32,000 nt of DNA from Halalkalibacterium halodurans (lineage in GTDB: Bacteria; Bacillota; Bacilli; Bacillales; Bacillaceae_D): NCBI RefSeq assembly GCF_004376175.1, contig NZ_SNUY01000014.1:1-32000 (forward strand). Direction: 5' to 3'. The notes beneath the pieces are model-generated. The model saw only the letters and a list, made by a program, of their open reading frames with translations. It was not told where the DNA came from and ran no database searches. Position 1 is the first letter of the stretch; the number at the start of each line of letters is the position of its first letter. Below are positions 7,059 through 18,925 of the stretch, one piece after another. A program made the position numbers and the translations under genes.

Positions 7059-10000
7059 ATGACAGGTCAGTATACCGAAGAAGTGAGAAAAAAGAGAGAA
7101 ATCCTACAGCAGTATTTCCAATCGAACGAACAATCGGCAAACCGATTGTATCCGTTATCGTCTGGACAGGAGACGCTTTGGTGCTCTCACTATATTTCAG
7201 AAAATCAGAATCATTTAAATATGTTTTCAGCATGGAAGCTCCCACATCATGTAAGAATAGACATGTTAGAAAAAGCATTTCAATACCTAGTAGATAAATA
7301 TGAAACACTTAGAACAAATTACATGACTGTGAAAGGTTCTCCATACCAGTATATCCATGAAAATCATAAGGTGAACTTTAGATATGAGGATTTATCCCAT
7401 CTGAGTAGGGTGGAATTTGATAAAAGGTTATCAGGGGAAGCACATGCATCTTTCGACATTGAGAAGGACCCATTATTAAAGATTCGCGTATATAAAAACC
7501 ATGCTGATGAGCAGATTCTTCTTTTTAATGTTCATCATTTAGCAATTGATGGCTGGTCCATTACGATTCTGCTTCAAGAGCTAGGTGAAATGTATAGCAG
7601 GCTAGTATCGGCAGCTTCCCCAATTCGTACAGTGGTTCATGATACATACAGGCAGTTTGTACGTGAGGATAAGCAGAGATTAAAGGAGCAGGGGAAGGCT
7701 GATAATCCTATTAGGAAGTATTGGTCTGAAAGAATACGTGAAGGGGGAGGACTACAACCAGTAAATCTCCCTTCATTAAAAAATACGGGTCATTCCTATA
7801 AAGGGGAGCCCATCTTTTCTAGAATTGAGGAGGATCTGTGTACAAGGTTATATAAGCTTGCTAAAGACAATAAAACGACTGTTTATAATGTATTATTGGC
7901 CAGCTTACATACGTTGCTATACCGGTACACTGGTCAAGAGAACATCTGGGTATCTACGCCTTTTTCGAGAAGGGGAGACGCTCGATGTTTTGACAGTGTA
8001 GGTTATTACGTAAATACATTACATATTCATGGCCGGTTTCATCAGGAAGTAACATTTCATGATATGCTCGCCCAAATATCAAATAGAGTAAAAGAAGTAT
8101 TCAAATACCAAGACATATCCAACTCATTTTTTACAGGTAATGAGGGTTACGCACAGGGGAATACGAATGTTATCTTCAGCTTTCAGAACTTAAATGAGTT
8201 AAAAGAAAGCGGGTTAAGTCTAGTCTTTCTAGGGATAGAAGGGGCAAAAGGGAACGTAGGGCCACTTCAAATCGAGGTGTACCCTTTAAAGAGACGTGTC
8301 GCTCAGTTTGAAGTAGAACTTGAGGTGGTTGAGCACGGCAAAGAGATGTATTTTAGGCTACTCTATGATCCAGAAAAATACGATGCCCATATCATGCAAA
8401 GGATTTGCTCTCATTATGTCAATCTATTATCGGCCATCACTAGTGATCAGCACAGACGAATAACAGATTACCAGTTCTTAAATGAATCTGATGTTGTTGA
8501 ACAACTTCATCAATACAATCATTCAGAGCTAATCAGGCCTAGCGAAAGTAATACCATTCTGCAGCTAATCGAAGAGGTTGCTCTAGTAAAGCCGAATGCT
8601 ATTGCTGTGGTAAGGGGACAAGACTCTATTACGTATACTGAAATTTTGCAACAGGCAGAAATATTGGCTAATAACTTACATTTACTAGGCATCGAGTCTG
8701 AGGATCGCGTAGGCCTCTGTATGAATACGAGTGCAGATCTGATGATCGGTATAGTAGGGATATTAAAAGCGGGAGCGGTATATGTACCATTAGACCCTGC
8801 CTATCCTGCTGGACGGATAGATTATATGATCAACGATAGTGACATTTCATTGATCATTACGGATCAAAGTGTTTCAGCACTAAACGATGTAGGGGCAAGG
8901 AAAGTTTTTCTTCAAGACCTGCTAATAGATCAAGCAGCACCACAAAGAAAAGTTGGAATTCAGTCGAACCAGCTGGCGTACATGATCTATACATCAGGGT
9001 CTACAGGTAAACCGAAGGGGGTTATGGTAAGCCATGGGAACTTATATGCGTCCACATACGCAAGAAGATTCGCATATGAAGAAGATAGACCATGCCGATT
9101 CATACTGCTATCCTCTATTTCCTTCGATAGCTCATTAGTCGGAATATTTTGGACACTGAGTATTGGGGGGACAATCATAATACCGGAAATCAGAGATTTG
9201 CTAGATATCAACGAATTAATAAAAGAAATATCAAACCATAAAGCAACACATTTTCTGAGTGTCCCATCTTTAGCACATGTGTTATTGAGCAGAGCACATC
9301 CAGAGAAAATAAGGAGCTTGGAAACGATCATTGTTGCAGGAGAGCAGTTCCCAAGCAAGTTGCAAGCGTATCAACAGGACAAATACCCCAATCTGAAGAT
9401 CTATAACGAGTATGGTCCAACAGAAGGGACCGTTTGGGGAAGTGTACATCGTTTAAATGATATAACTTATCCGATAGTCCCGATCGGCAAGCCAGCGAAG
9501 CATTGCAAGCTATATATTTTTGATGATGCTTTGAATCTGGTACCTAAAGGAGTTGTTGGCGAACTATTTATTGCTGGATCAGGAGTAACAAGAGGATATA
9601 TCAATCAGCCGAGAATGACTGCTGAGCGCTTTATCCCTAATCCATACGGAGATGGTGAAAGACTTTATCGGACAGGTGACTTAGCCAAATATAACCATGA
9701 TGGAACGATTCAGTTTATCGGTAGAAAAGATAATCAAATTAAAGTAAACGGTTTTAGAATTGAATTAGGTGAGATAGAAGCAACATATGAAAGACATCCA
9801 GTCATACAGAAGGCTGTAGTCATCAACAAAAAAGACCAAGGTGCACAGATAGTTGCCTTTATTAAATGCTCTGACCATTTATCACAGGAGCAGTTAAAAG
9901 AGTACGGCTCAAAGCATCTGCCTCATTATCTGATCCCGCACTACTTTGTAAGCGTTGAGGAGTACCCATTATCACAGAACGGTAAGATAGATCGGAAACG

Positions 10001-11720
10001 GCTCAGAGAGTGGGAGATAGATAGAATAGAAACAGACACCGTACTCCCTAGAAATGAAGTGGAAAGAAAACTGGTGGACATTTTTAAACAAGTGCTACGG
10101 ATCGAACAAATAGGGGTTAACGATAACTTTTTTGAAATGGGTGGAGATTCTATCATAGCCATCCAGATTGCATCAAAAGCTAGTGAAGAAGGTTTAACAC
10201 TTAAACCTAAGGATATTTTTGAAAGCAGGACGATTGCTAGGATTGCACAACAAGTATTAAACAATAGTCAGACTGTGTATGAAGAATCATTAGATATAAA
10301 TGGAGACGTTCCGCTTACTCCTATTCAACAATGGTTTTTTGAACAAAAATTTAACTACCCTAACCATTGGAATCAAGCAATACATCTAAAAATAGATAAG
10401 ACACTACCGTTTGTAATGATTAAGGAAGCTATGGAGGCTGTCATCGGGCAGCATGAAGCGCTTCACATGCGCTTTATGTATAAGGAAGGCGAATGGATTC
10501 AGAAGTACATGCCAGATCATAAATCAGTCCAAATCATTAATATCAAGACAAATCATACTCATCCAAATGCGATGAACAGTACGCAGGATGTTGCTACCAG
10601 CATAGGTAGTTTACAACAGGCGCTTGATTTGCAAGAAGGGCCAACAGTGCTTGCTGCATTGCTCGAAAATGATAAAGACAGTCTAAACAACGATTTCATC
10701 ATCATTATTCATCACTTGCTCGTGGATATTGTTTCGTGGCAGATCATTATGACAGATTTTGAGAGAATACTAAATAAAATGATAGAAAAAGAAAAAATAG
10801 ATATACAGCATAAAACAGCATCATACAAACGCTGGTCAACCCATTTAATAGAATCGCTTCCACTAGTACTGAGTGAGAGTAGTTATTGGAATAGAGTGAA
10901 CGACGCTGTAGCAGTATACGGAGGATCAGAAACAATTACAGGATCAGAAGGAAGTACAGTGAAAATGGAAATGCCTCTAGGTACAGCTGAAACAGAAGAC
11001 CTATTACAGGAGGTTCCTAAGTACTTTGGGACACAGCTGAACGAAGTTGTACTAGCTGCAATAGTGCTTTCTTTAAAGGCTTATACACAACGGGATGGCA
11101 TCGTCATAGATATAGAACATCACGGTAGAGTGCCATTTAATGAAGAGGCAATAGATGTATCAAAAACAGTTGGATGGTTCACTAATATCTACCCGATTTA
11201 TCTTGACTTACAGCAGATTGTCCAACCGAATGGAGATTTGTTAAAACATGTGAAGAATAAGATGCGTGAAGTTCCACATTCAGGGCTTGGCTACGGCATG
11301 TTGAGGTATCTGCAAGCGAAGGGTGCTTGTGATGAATCACAGTCTGAAATGCCGAGGGCTCGGTTTAGTTATAACTTTTTAGGTCAGATAGACCATACAT
11401 TCTTTCATTCTCGTTACTTCACATTTTCTGGATACCTTAGTGAATCTGTTCGTGATCCAAATGAAAAACGCCCTTATTTTCTTGACTTTGAACCGTACAT
11501 TTCTGCAGGAAATTTTGTACTAAGAATCGGCTATAGTAAGGACCTTGTCCCAGATTCCCGAATCCAGCGCCTAGCGGAAGAGACGATTGAACACCTAAAG
11601 TCTTTAATTACTTTATGTAAATCATCAGAAGAAATCGGTTACGTCTCTGGGGACTTTCCTAATGCTAATATTGGCCAAAAAGAGTTAGAAAAGTTCTTAT
11701 CTCATTTGAAAAATCACTAA
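7059..11720 (+). CDS. Non-ribosomal peptide synthetase 1, module 1: C-A-T-E
   Basis: ATG 7059 lies 5 nt after GGGGGGAG; the tracked TTG 7038 is less likely.
- C: YPLSSGQETLW, HHLAIDGWS (nt 7533).
- A: LAYMIYTSGSTGKPKG (8973-9020), NEYGPTE, YRTGDLA, GRKDNQIKVNGFRIE, NGKIDRK.
- T: FFEMGGDSI (Ser codon 10150-10152).
- E: PLTPIQQWFF, HHLLVDIVSW (nt 10710). Confidence 0.95.
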   Translation: MTGQYTEEVRKKREILQQYFQSNEQSANRLYPLSSGQETLWCSHYISENQNHLNMFSAWKLPHHVRIDMLEKAFQYLVDKYETLRTNYMTVKGSPYQYIHENHKVNFRYEDLSHLSRVEFDKRLSGEAHASFDIEKDPLLKIRVYKNHADEQILLFNVHHLAIDGWSITILLQELGEMYSRLVSAASPIRTVVHDTYRQFVREDKQRLKEQGKADNPIRKYWSERIREGGGLQPVNLPSLKNTGHSYKGEPIFSRIEEDLCTRLYKLAKDNKTTVYNVLLASLHTLLYRYTGQENIWVSTPFSRRGDARCFDSVGYYVNTLHIHGRFHQEVTFHDMLAQISNRVKEVFKYQDISNSFFTGNEGYAQGNTNVIFSFQNLNELKESGLSLVFLGIEGAKGNVGPLQIEVYPLKRRVAQFEVELEVVEHGKEMYFRLLYDPEKYDAHIMQRICSHYVNLLSAITSDQHRRITDYQFLNESDVVEQLHQYNHSELIRPSESNTILQLIEEVALVKPNAIAVVRGQDSITYTEILQQAEILANNLHLLGIESEDRVGLCMNTSADLMIGIVGILKAGAVYVPLDPAYPAGRIDYMINDSDISLIITDQSVSALNDVGARKVFLQDLLIDQAAPQRKVGIQSNQLAYMIYTSGSTGKPKGVMVSHGNLYASTYARRFAYEEDRPCRFILLSSISFDSSLVGIFWTLSIGGTIIIPEIRDLLDINELIKEISNHKATHFLSVPSLAHVLLSRAHPEKIRSLETIIVAGEQFPSKLQAYQQDKYPNLKIYNEYGPTEGTVWGSVHRLNDITYPIVPIGKPAKHCKLYIFDDALNLVPKGVVGELFIAGSGVTRGYINQPRMTAERFIPNPYGDGERLYRTGDLAKYNHDGTIQFIGRKDNQIKVNGFRIELGEIEATYERHPVIQKAVVINKKDQGAQIVAFIKCSDHLSQEQLKEYGSKHLPHYLIPHYFVSVEEYPLSQNGKIDRKRLREWEIDRIETDTVLPRNEVERKLVDIFKQVLRIEQIGVNDNFFEMGGDSIIAIQIASKASEEGLTLKPKDIFESRTIARIAQQVLNNSQTVYEESLDINGDVPLTPIQQWFFEQKFNYPNHWNQAIHLKIDKTLPFVMIKEAMEAVIGQHEALHMRFMYKEGEWIQKYMPDHKSVQIINIKTNHTHPNAMNSTQDVATSIGSLQQALDLQEGPTVLAALLENDKDSLNNDFIIIIHHLLVDIVSWQIIMTDFERILNKMIEKEKIDIQHKTASYKRWSTHLIESLPLVLSESSYWNRVNDAVAVYGGSETITGSEGSTVKMEMPLGTAETEDLLQEVPKYFGTQLNEVVLAAIVLSLKAYTQRDGIVIDIEHHGRVPFNEEAIDVSKTVGWFTNIYPIYLDLQQIVQPNGDLLKHVKNKMREVPHSGLGYGMLRYLQAKGACDESQSEMPRARFSYNFLGQIDHTFFHSRYFTFSGYLSESVRDPNEKRPYFLDFEPYISAGNFVLRIGYSKDLVPDSRIQRLAEETIEHLKSLITLCKSSEEIGYVSGDFPNANIGQKELEKFLSHLKNH

Positions 11721-14700
11721 ATGAAAAGCATGGGGGGATATACATAGATATTCGGAACATAGAAAACATATACACCTGCTCACCGATACAAGAAGGGATG
11801 CTATTTCACACATTACATCAACCTGAATCAGGTTTATATGTAGAACAACTAAGCTTTCAAATGATCGGTAAAGTAGAACAAGCAATGTTTGAAAAAGCTT
11901 GGCAGGAAACGATTCAAATGCACTCTGCGTTACGCACCACTTTTCACTGGAAAGAGAGCGATCGAATATTACAGGTTGTTCATAAGCAGATAGATATACG
12001 GGTCAACTATATTGATATACGGCACCATTCGATAGATGAAGGGAAAAATATAGAGTCAATAATAGAAGAAATTGCGGGAAAGTTAAAAAGAGAAGGTTTT
12101 GATTTATCGAAAGGTCCTTTAATGAAACTACATCTGCTAAGAATAGGCGATAATGAGTATCACTTTATTTGGACTTTTCATCATTTACTGCTTGATGGGT
12201 GGTCCATGGGACGAGTGATGCAAGATATTTTGAAGCTTTATGAGGGGTATGTACAAAAAAATCCTGTATTCATTCCTGCCCCTGAACAGTATGAGAGCTA
12301 TATTTCGTGGCTCAACAACCAGGATATGGATGGGGCTAAGCAATTCTGGCTTAATAAGCTGGAAGGGTTTGAGAATATCTGTCCTTTTAGTGCAGGGGAT
12401 TCATTTAGTAAAAGAAAAACACAGCAAGACGGGTACCAGGATCTCTGGCTTTCAGAAACAGTAAAAGAACAATTGGTAAATCTCACGCATGAACATGAGA
12501 TTACAATATTTTCCTTGCTACAGACAGCTTGGATTCTGCTGATTAATGGTAAATATAATATAGAGGATATCGTTATTGGAAACGTCGTTTCTGGAAGACC
12601 CCATGATTTAAAAGGGGCTGAGAACATTGTAGGTCCTTTTATTAATACACTACCGCTAAGGGCAAAGGTGAAAGCGAATGATAGGATACTTACACTCATT
12701 AAGCAAGTGCAACAAGAACAGTTAGAAATCAGTTCCTATGCTTTTACCCCCTTAAAAGACATTCATAAAGTATGTAATTTACAGGGCAACCAATCTTTGT
12801 TTGATAGTATTGTAGTCTTTGAGAATTATCCTTTAGATCAGAGTATGTTTTCAAATGAGGCTTTAGGATTCAGGATTAACAATTTCAGTATAGAGGAAAA
12901 GTCGAACTTTCCTTTAAGCTTAGCGATTATACCGTATGACAATCAGGTCATTCTGCGCTTACATTATGATTCGGAAGTGATGACCTCAGAGCAAACAAAC
13001 AAGATTCTGGAACAAGTTGAGAATATTGTTCAGGAGATCATTCTGGATATAACACGTACAGTAGATTCAATCAGTCTGCTGTCGCCTGAAGATAGAGACA
13101 AGAGCATAATGCAGTCTGAAACAACAGAATGTATCGGAGTAACAGAAAGTGCTCCTCAGGTATCGAATGTGCTACACCAACGGTTTGAGCATCAAGCAGC
13201 ACGTAGGCCTGACAAAATAGCGCTTAGAACAGAGTCTGATCTCTTATCCTATGAACAGTTAAATTGTAAAGCAGAACATATTGCCTCCCTTTTACTCTCT
13301 AAGGGGCTGAAGTTTGAAGAGCGAGTAGCCGTACTATTGAATAGGTCACTGGAATCAATCGTTTCCATGCTAGGCATTCTTAAAGCAGGCGGTGTCTACG
13401 TCCCTCTTGATGTAAACTTACCTCCAGAACGTTTGGAGTATGTGATTCAGGATGCAAATATTCGCACAATGATCACCGAGGAACCGTTCACAGAAAAATA
13501 CAAAGATCAAGTGCTAGATCTGATCAATATCCACCATTCATCAAAGACTCAACACTTAGAGGCAATAGACAGGCCACCAGTTGTAGCCGATCAATTGGCG
13601 TACATTATGTACACCTCAGGTTCTACTGGGCTACCTAAGGGAGTAGCTGTTACACACGAGGCAGCAGCTTTGCATTATACTGCTTTTCAACAGCAGTTTC
13701 AATTGAGTGAAGATGACGTTGTTTTGCAATTTAGTGCAATGACCTTCGATCCATCCATTGAGCAGGTTTTTCCAACACTTTTCAGTGGTGGAGAGGTCTT
13801 CGTTCGGGGGGAGGATGTTTGGGATGCACAACACTTTGTTCACACGCTAGAAGAATACGCAATTACGGTCGCGAATTTACCGACGGCGTACTTTTATGAG
13901 GTAGTGAATAGCCTTATGATCACAACTCAGTGCTTGAGCCTTCCAGCGTTACGTTTTTTAGCGATCGGGGGGGATAAGCTTTCATATAAACATGTTCAGC
14001 TATGGAATCGACTCAATCAAGGAAAGACACAATTGTTTAACTTTTACGGCCCAACAGAAACTGTAACAACGAGCACATTCTATTTAGTCCAACCGAGTAA
14101 TCTGTTAGATGAGATCAGTACGATTCCAATTGGTATACCTATGAGCGGTAGAAAGTTATATATTCTTGACACGTATGGTAGACCAGTACCGTCAGGGGAA
14201 AAGGGCGAGCTATGCATAGGAGGCAATATCATCGCACGTGGTTATGTTAATAAACCGAGACTGACTGCCCAACGATTTATTCCCGACCCTTTCAGTACAG
14301 AAGAAGGAGCCTTAATGTACAGGACAGGCGACATTGTTCGCCTTAATGAACACGGAGACCTAGAATATATAGGGCGAAATGACGATCAGGTAAAAATACG
14401 TGGTTATCGAATAGAAATAGGAGAAATAGAAAAAGCGCTGCTTACAATTCGTGAAGTTGAAGACGTAGCGGTCATTGTACATGATCAAGATACTCGTTCA
14501 AAAACATTAGTAGCATACGTGGTTGTTGCTGGCGATATGGACAGGCAAAGGATAAAAAGGAAGTTAAAAGATAAGCTCCCAGAATATATGCTACCAAAAC
14601 AAATCATGTTTTTGGACCGCTTGCCATTAAATACGAATGGAAAAGTGGATAGAAAATCGCTACCACTTGTTCATCTTCAAGATGAAGAGTATAAAGAGAA

Positions 14701-17700
14701 CGATGAAAACGCTGCACCAAAAACGGAAACGGAAAAAGCGTTGGTGAACATTTGGAAGAGTGTTCTACAGGTACAGCAAGTTAGCATTAAAGATAATTTT
14801 TTTGATCTAGGTGGCGACTCAATTCTAGCTTTACAAATTGTAGCGAAAGCACAGGAAATTGGAATCCGAGTGAGTACAAAGGATGTATTTGAGTATCAGA
14901 CGATAGAAGAGTTAGCATCATCAGTCTTAACGGGGGCTTATCCAGAAGTAGCTGCCACAACGATACAAAAACACGTGGTTGGGAGCGATCGGGGTAAATC
15001 TGGGGAGAATATTCCACTTACACCAATACAATCATGGTTTTTTGAACAGCAGTTTGATCAGCATCATCACTGGAATCAATCAGTCCTATTGCAGGTAAAA
15101 GAGCGTATAAACACTCATGCGTTAACTGAAGCATTAGAAGCAGTAGTAGATCATCATGAAGCTTTAAAATATCGTTATCACCAAAAGGATGGACAATGGA
15201 TTCAACAAGTGACAGACCGTGGAAAGACGTATGCAATAGATGTCATAAAACTAAACGATAACAGCACAACCAGACAGATTCAGGTTAAAGAAGAAATATT
15301 GCGAGTACAAACGAGCTTAAATATTGAAAATGGTCCAATAATGAAAGTGCTTTACTTAGAACACACAAACACTTCGCTATGTAGGCTGTTTATAACAATC
15401 CACCACTTGGTCGTTGATAGCGTTTCATGGCGTATCCTACTTGAGGATTTACTACGACTATATAGACAAGCTTTGCAGTCCAAACAACTAGATATTCCTG
15501 AGAGGACATCGAGCTTTAAGGATTGGTCTTACACACTCAGTACATACGCTCAGCAACATATTTCACATGATGAGCAAGAATACTGGGAGAAGAAAGCGAG
15601 CATTGAATACAAGCTCCCAGTCGATTTTAGAAACGATTCAAACAACACAGAAGGTTCTCTAGACAAAATAACGTTGACCTTTACTAGAGAAGAGACTGAA
15701 TCGCTGACGAGAACGCTGCATACCACCTTAGGAGCAAAAGCGCATGAAATATTAATAGCAGCACTCATGATCTCTCTGCAGCAATGGTCAGACACACGTC
15801 AAATCAAAATAGACATCGAAGGACATGGAAGAGAAAATATTGACCCTACCATAAATTTGAGCAAAACGGTGGGCTGGTTTACAACGCTCTTTCCAGTTAC
15901 GGTCAATTTTGATCAACAGTACTCCGTGCTTCAGAAAGTACAAAGGGCCGTCCAAGAACTGCGCTCAATTCCTATGAATGGAATCGGTTACGGTCTACTC
16001 AAGTATATGAGTGGATCAATATTGAATGAGAGGCCAGCCGATGTCAGCTTTAACTACTTAGGGCATATTCATACGGAACTACACACAGATGCTCCATTTA
16101 TGATGTCATCTGAAAGTATTGAGCCTCTCAGACATGCTGAAGCTAAAAGAACATATTTGCTAGATATAGAAGGGGGGATCTTCGACGGCCAGTTAAAACT
16201 TGATTGGATGTTCAGTAAGAACGTTCATCAGAAGTCTACAATGATAAATCTGACAAATGAATTTAACCAAGTGATAAAAGAATGTGTGAGTATTGGCCAA
16301 CAGTTAAAGGGATACAAGCATCTTCCAAAGGATTTTCCTACAGCAGTACTATCACTGGAGGACTGGAAAATCGTCAATGAATTAGAGGGAAATATAGAAG
16401 ACTTATATTCGTTGTCCCCGATCCAAGAAGGCATGCTTTTCCATTCATTATTACAGCCTGGCACGGGTGTATACGTTCAGCAAATGGCATTTAAGATAAA
16501 AGGAGAGGCATTCATAGAGCGGTTTATGCAATCTTGGGAATATGTGATGAACCAACATCCGATATTAAGAACGATTTTTAGATGGGAAGGCTTTGAAAAG
16601 CCAGTACAGATCGTCAAGGCTAAAGCTAGTGTTCACGTTGATATTCTCGATTGGACAGATCGTCGATTCAGTTCAGATTTTAAAGTACAGGATGAATTGG
16701 GGAAATTGTGTAAAAAACTTAGGGAAAGCACTGTCGATATTTCCAAGGATAAACTTGTTTGCTTTACATTCGTAAAGCTAGAGTCAAATGAGTTCTTCTT
16801 TATATGGAACTATCATCACATGCTCTTAGACGGCTGGTCAATGCCAACCGTTTTGAGTCAGGTGTGTGAGGTTTATACGAAATTGTTACACCAAGAACCA
16901 TTACCAAAATTAGAGTCACCACCTTTTAGAGTATTTATAGACTGGTATTTAAAGCAGGACCACTCAACAGCAGAAACCTTTTGGAAAACGATGCTAGACG
17001 GATATCAACATACCACATACTTACCGATCAAGCAGGTTGATCCTGTTGGTGGGAGGAGGATAGAGGAGATATCAGGGCAAACACATGAAGAAATGACATT
17101 ACAATTGTCTAGTGCAAGTTTTCGTCGTCTCAAACAATTAGCGACTAAAAAGAGAGTTACTTTGTATAGTTTAATTCAAACAGCTTGGAGCATCCTACTT
17201 CATTATGCTAGCAAAAAGGAAGATCTTATATTCGGCTCTGTATACTCAGGAAGACCTGCATCCATTAAAGGTATAGAGGATATGGTTGGTATGTTTATTA
17301 ACACGTTACCAATACGTGTAAAAATTGAAGCGGACCAAACACTTAACAACCTACTACAAAATGCTCATGCACTACAAATGAAGGTAAAGGAGTATGAACA
17401 CACCCCACTTGTAGACATCAAGAAATGGAGCGGAATCCAAACAAGAGGGGAGTTGTTTGACACGTGTGTGATCTATGCAAATTTCCCTAACGTCATGTCT
17501 ACTGAGGGTACACAACAGATCATCGAAGGGGTAGAAGTCTCAGATATCACCGCTCTTGAACAAACGAATTATCCACTGACCTTGTCAGTGGTAACAAATG
17601 AAACCATGTCATTAGATGTGAACTTTGATACGTACAAAATTGATAAAGGCGATGTAGAGCACTACCTATTTATACTCGAACATATCCTGAACAACTTTGA

Positions 17701-17842
17701 GAACAGGATAGAGTCAACTTTGACTGACATAAGTAAGGAGCTAGATAAGCTTTTCCAGTCCAGAAGTGGAGTGATCAGGTCGAAGCAGAGAGAGAAAAAT
17801 CGAAGCAGGCTGTTAAACGTCACAAGAAGGAAAAAAAGGTAA
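11721..17842 (+). CDS. Non-ribosomal peptide synthetase 2: C-A-T-E-C (frameshifted at its 5' end as sequenced)
   Basis: The uninterrupted ATG-initiated ORF starts at 11798, inside the C1 motif (SPIQEG-MLFH). Homology continues upstream in the same frame to ~11738 without a start codon. ATG 11721 abuts the NRPS1 stop but is one frame off across the G6 run at 11732-11737.
- C: HHLLLDGWS (nt 12179).
- A: LAYIMYTSGSTGLPKG, NFYGPTE, NGKVDRK.
- T: FFDLGGDSI.
- E: PLTPIQSWFF, HHLVVDSVSW (nt 15401).
- Second C: SLSPIQEGMLFH, HHMLLDGWS (nt 16814).
The protein then ends with a basic tail. Confidence 0.9.
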
Positions 17843-17882
17843 AGGGATTGATATTTCATTATAACAAATCGAGAGGTGAAGT

Positions 17883-18914
17883 GTGTTGAATAAATCACTA
17901 AATATTAAAAATAGAAAAAGAAGGCAAGTAAAAATTGGACAAGAATTAGTACAAAAGCAATTACTTAATGAAGAGCAGCAGCTTCCACTTGTTATTAAAC
18001 CAATGTCAGCAGATGTAAATATCCTTGAGTGGGTGGGAAAAAATAGAACAGCTCTCGAAAAAGATTTAGCTAAGCACGGTGGGATATTGTTTAGAGGTTT
18101 TAATATAGATGAGGTCGATCGTTTCTACGATTTTATTCATCAGTACTCTGGGAATCTACTAGAATACAAAGATAGTGCGACGCCAAGAAGTAATGTGAAT
18201 AAACAGATTTATACATCAACTGACTATTCAGCAGAGCATTGGATCGAGCTGCATAATGAAAGTGCCTACAGTGATCAATGGCCAATGAAGATCTTCTTTA
18301 ACTGTCAGATACCTGCACAAGAAGGTGGTGAAACACCTATCTTAGATAGCAGGAAAGTCTACGAAAAAATGGATAAGCGTGTACGTAAAAAGTTTGAAGA
18401 AAAGCAAGTGATGTATGTGAGGAACTTCGGTCTAGGAGTAGGTCAGAAATGGCAAGATGTATTCCAAACCGAAGACAAAGATCAAGTAGAGGAGATTTGT
18501 GAGAAAAGTGAGATGCAATGTGAATGGGAATCAGATGAACACTTAAGAATCAAGCAAATTAGACCTGCTGTATCCCAACATCCACTAACAAAAGAATATG
18601 TCTGGTTTAATCAGATTACCGCATTTAATATCACAACTTTAAACGAAGACGTAAGACAGGAGCTTTTGAGAGAGTATGGAGAGATGAATGTGCCTAAAAA
18701 CACATTTTATGGAGATGGAACTGCAATCGAAGCAGAAGTTTTAGAAGAGATTAGAAGAGTATATAACGAGGAAATGATCGTATTCCCTTGGGAAAAGGGT
18801 GATCTTATCGTATTAGACAATATGCTAGTTGCCCATGGGAGGACATCTTATAAGGGTAAGCGAAAAGTGCTCGTTGGAATGACTGAACCGATGAAATGGT
18901 CACAGATTAAATAA
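17883..18914 (+). CDS. Stand-alone Fe(II)/2-oxoglutarate dioxygenase, TauD/TfdA superfamily, SyrP-like amino-acyl beta-hydroxylase
   Basis: Motifs typical of SyrP-like NRPS hydroxylases: GGILFRGF, YTSTDYS, LHNESAY (H-x-E), GGETPILD, VWFNQI, VLDNMLVAHGR (distal His). RBS GAGAGGTGA lies at 17871-17879. The start is GTG 17883 or TTG 17886. Confidence 0.85.
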   Translation: MLNKSLNIKNRKRRQVKIGQELVQKQLLNEEQQLPLVIKPMSADVNILEWVGKNRTALEKDLAKHGGILFRGFNIDEVDRFYDFIHQYSGNLLEYKDSATPRSNVNKQIYTSTDYSAEHWIELHNESAYSDQWPMKIFFNCQIPAQEGGETPILDSRKVYEKMDKRVRKKFEEKQVMYVRNFGLGVGQKWQDVFQTEDKDQVEEICEKSEMQCEWESDEHLRIKQIRPAVSQHPLTKEYVWFNQITAFNITTLNEDVRQELLREYGEMNVPKNTFYGDGTAIEAEVLEEIRRVYNEEMIVFPWEKGDLIVLDNMLVAHGRTSYKGKRKVLVGMTEPMKWSQIK

Positions 18915-18925
18915 GGGGGATGAAC

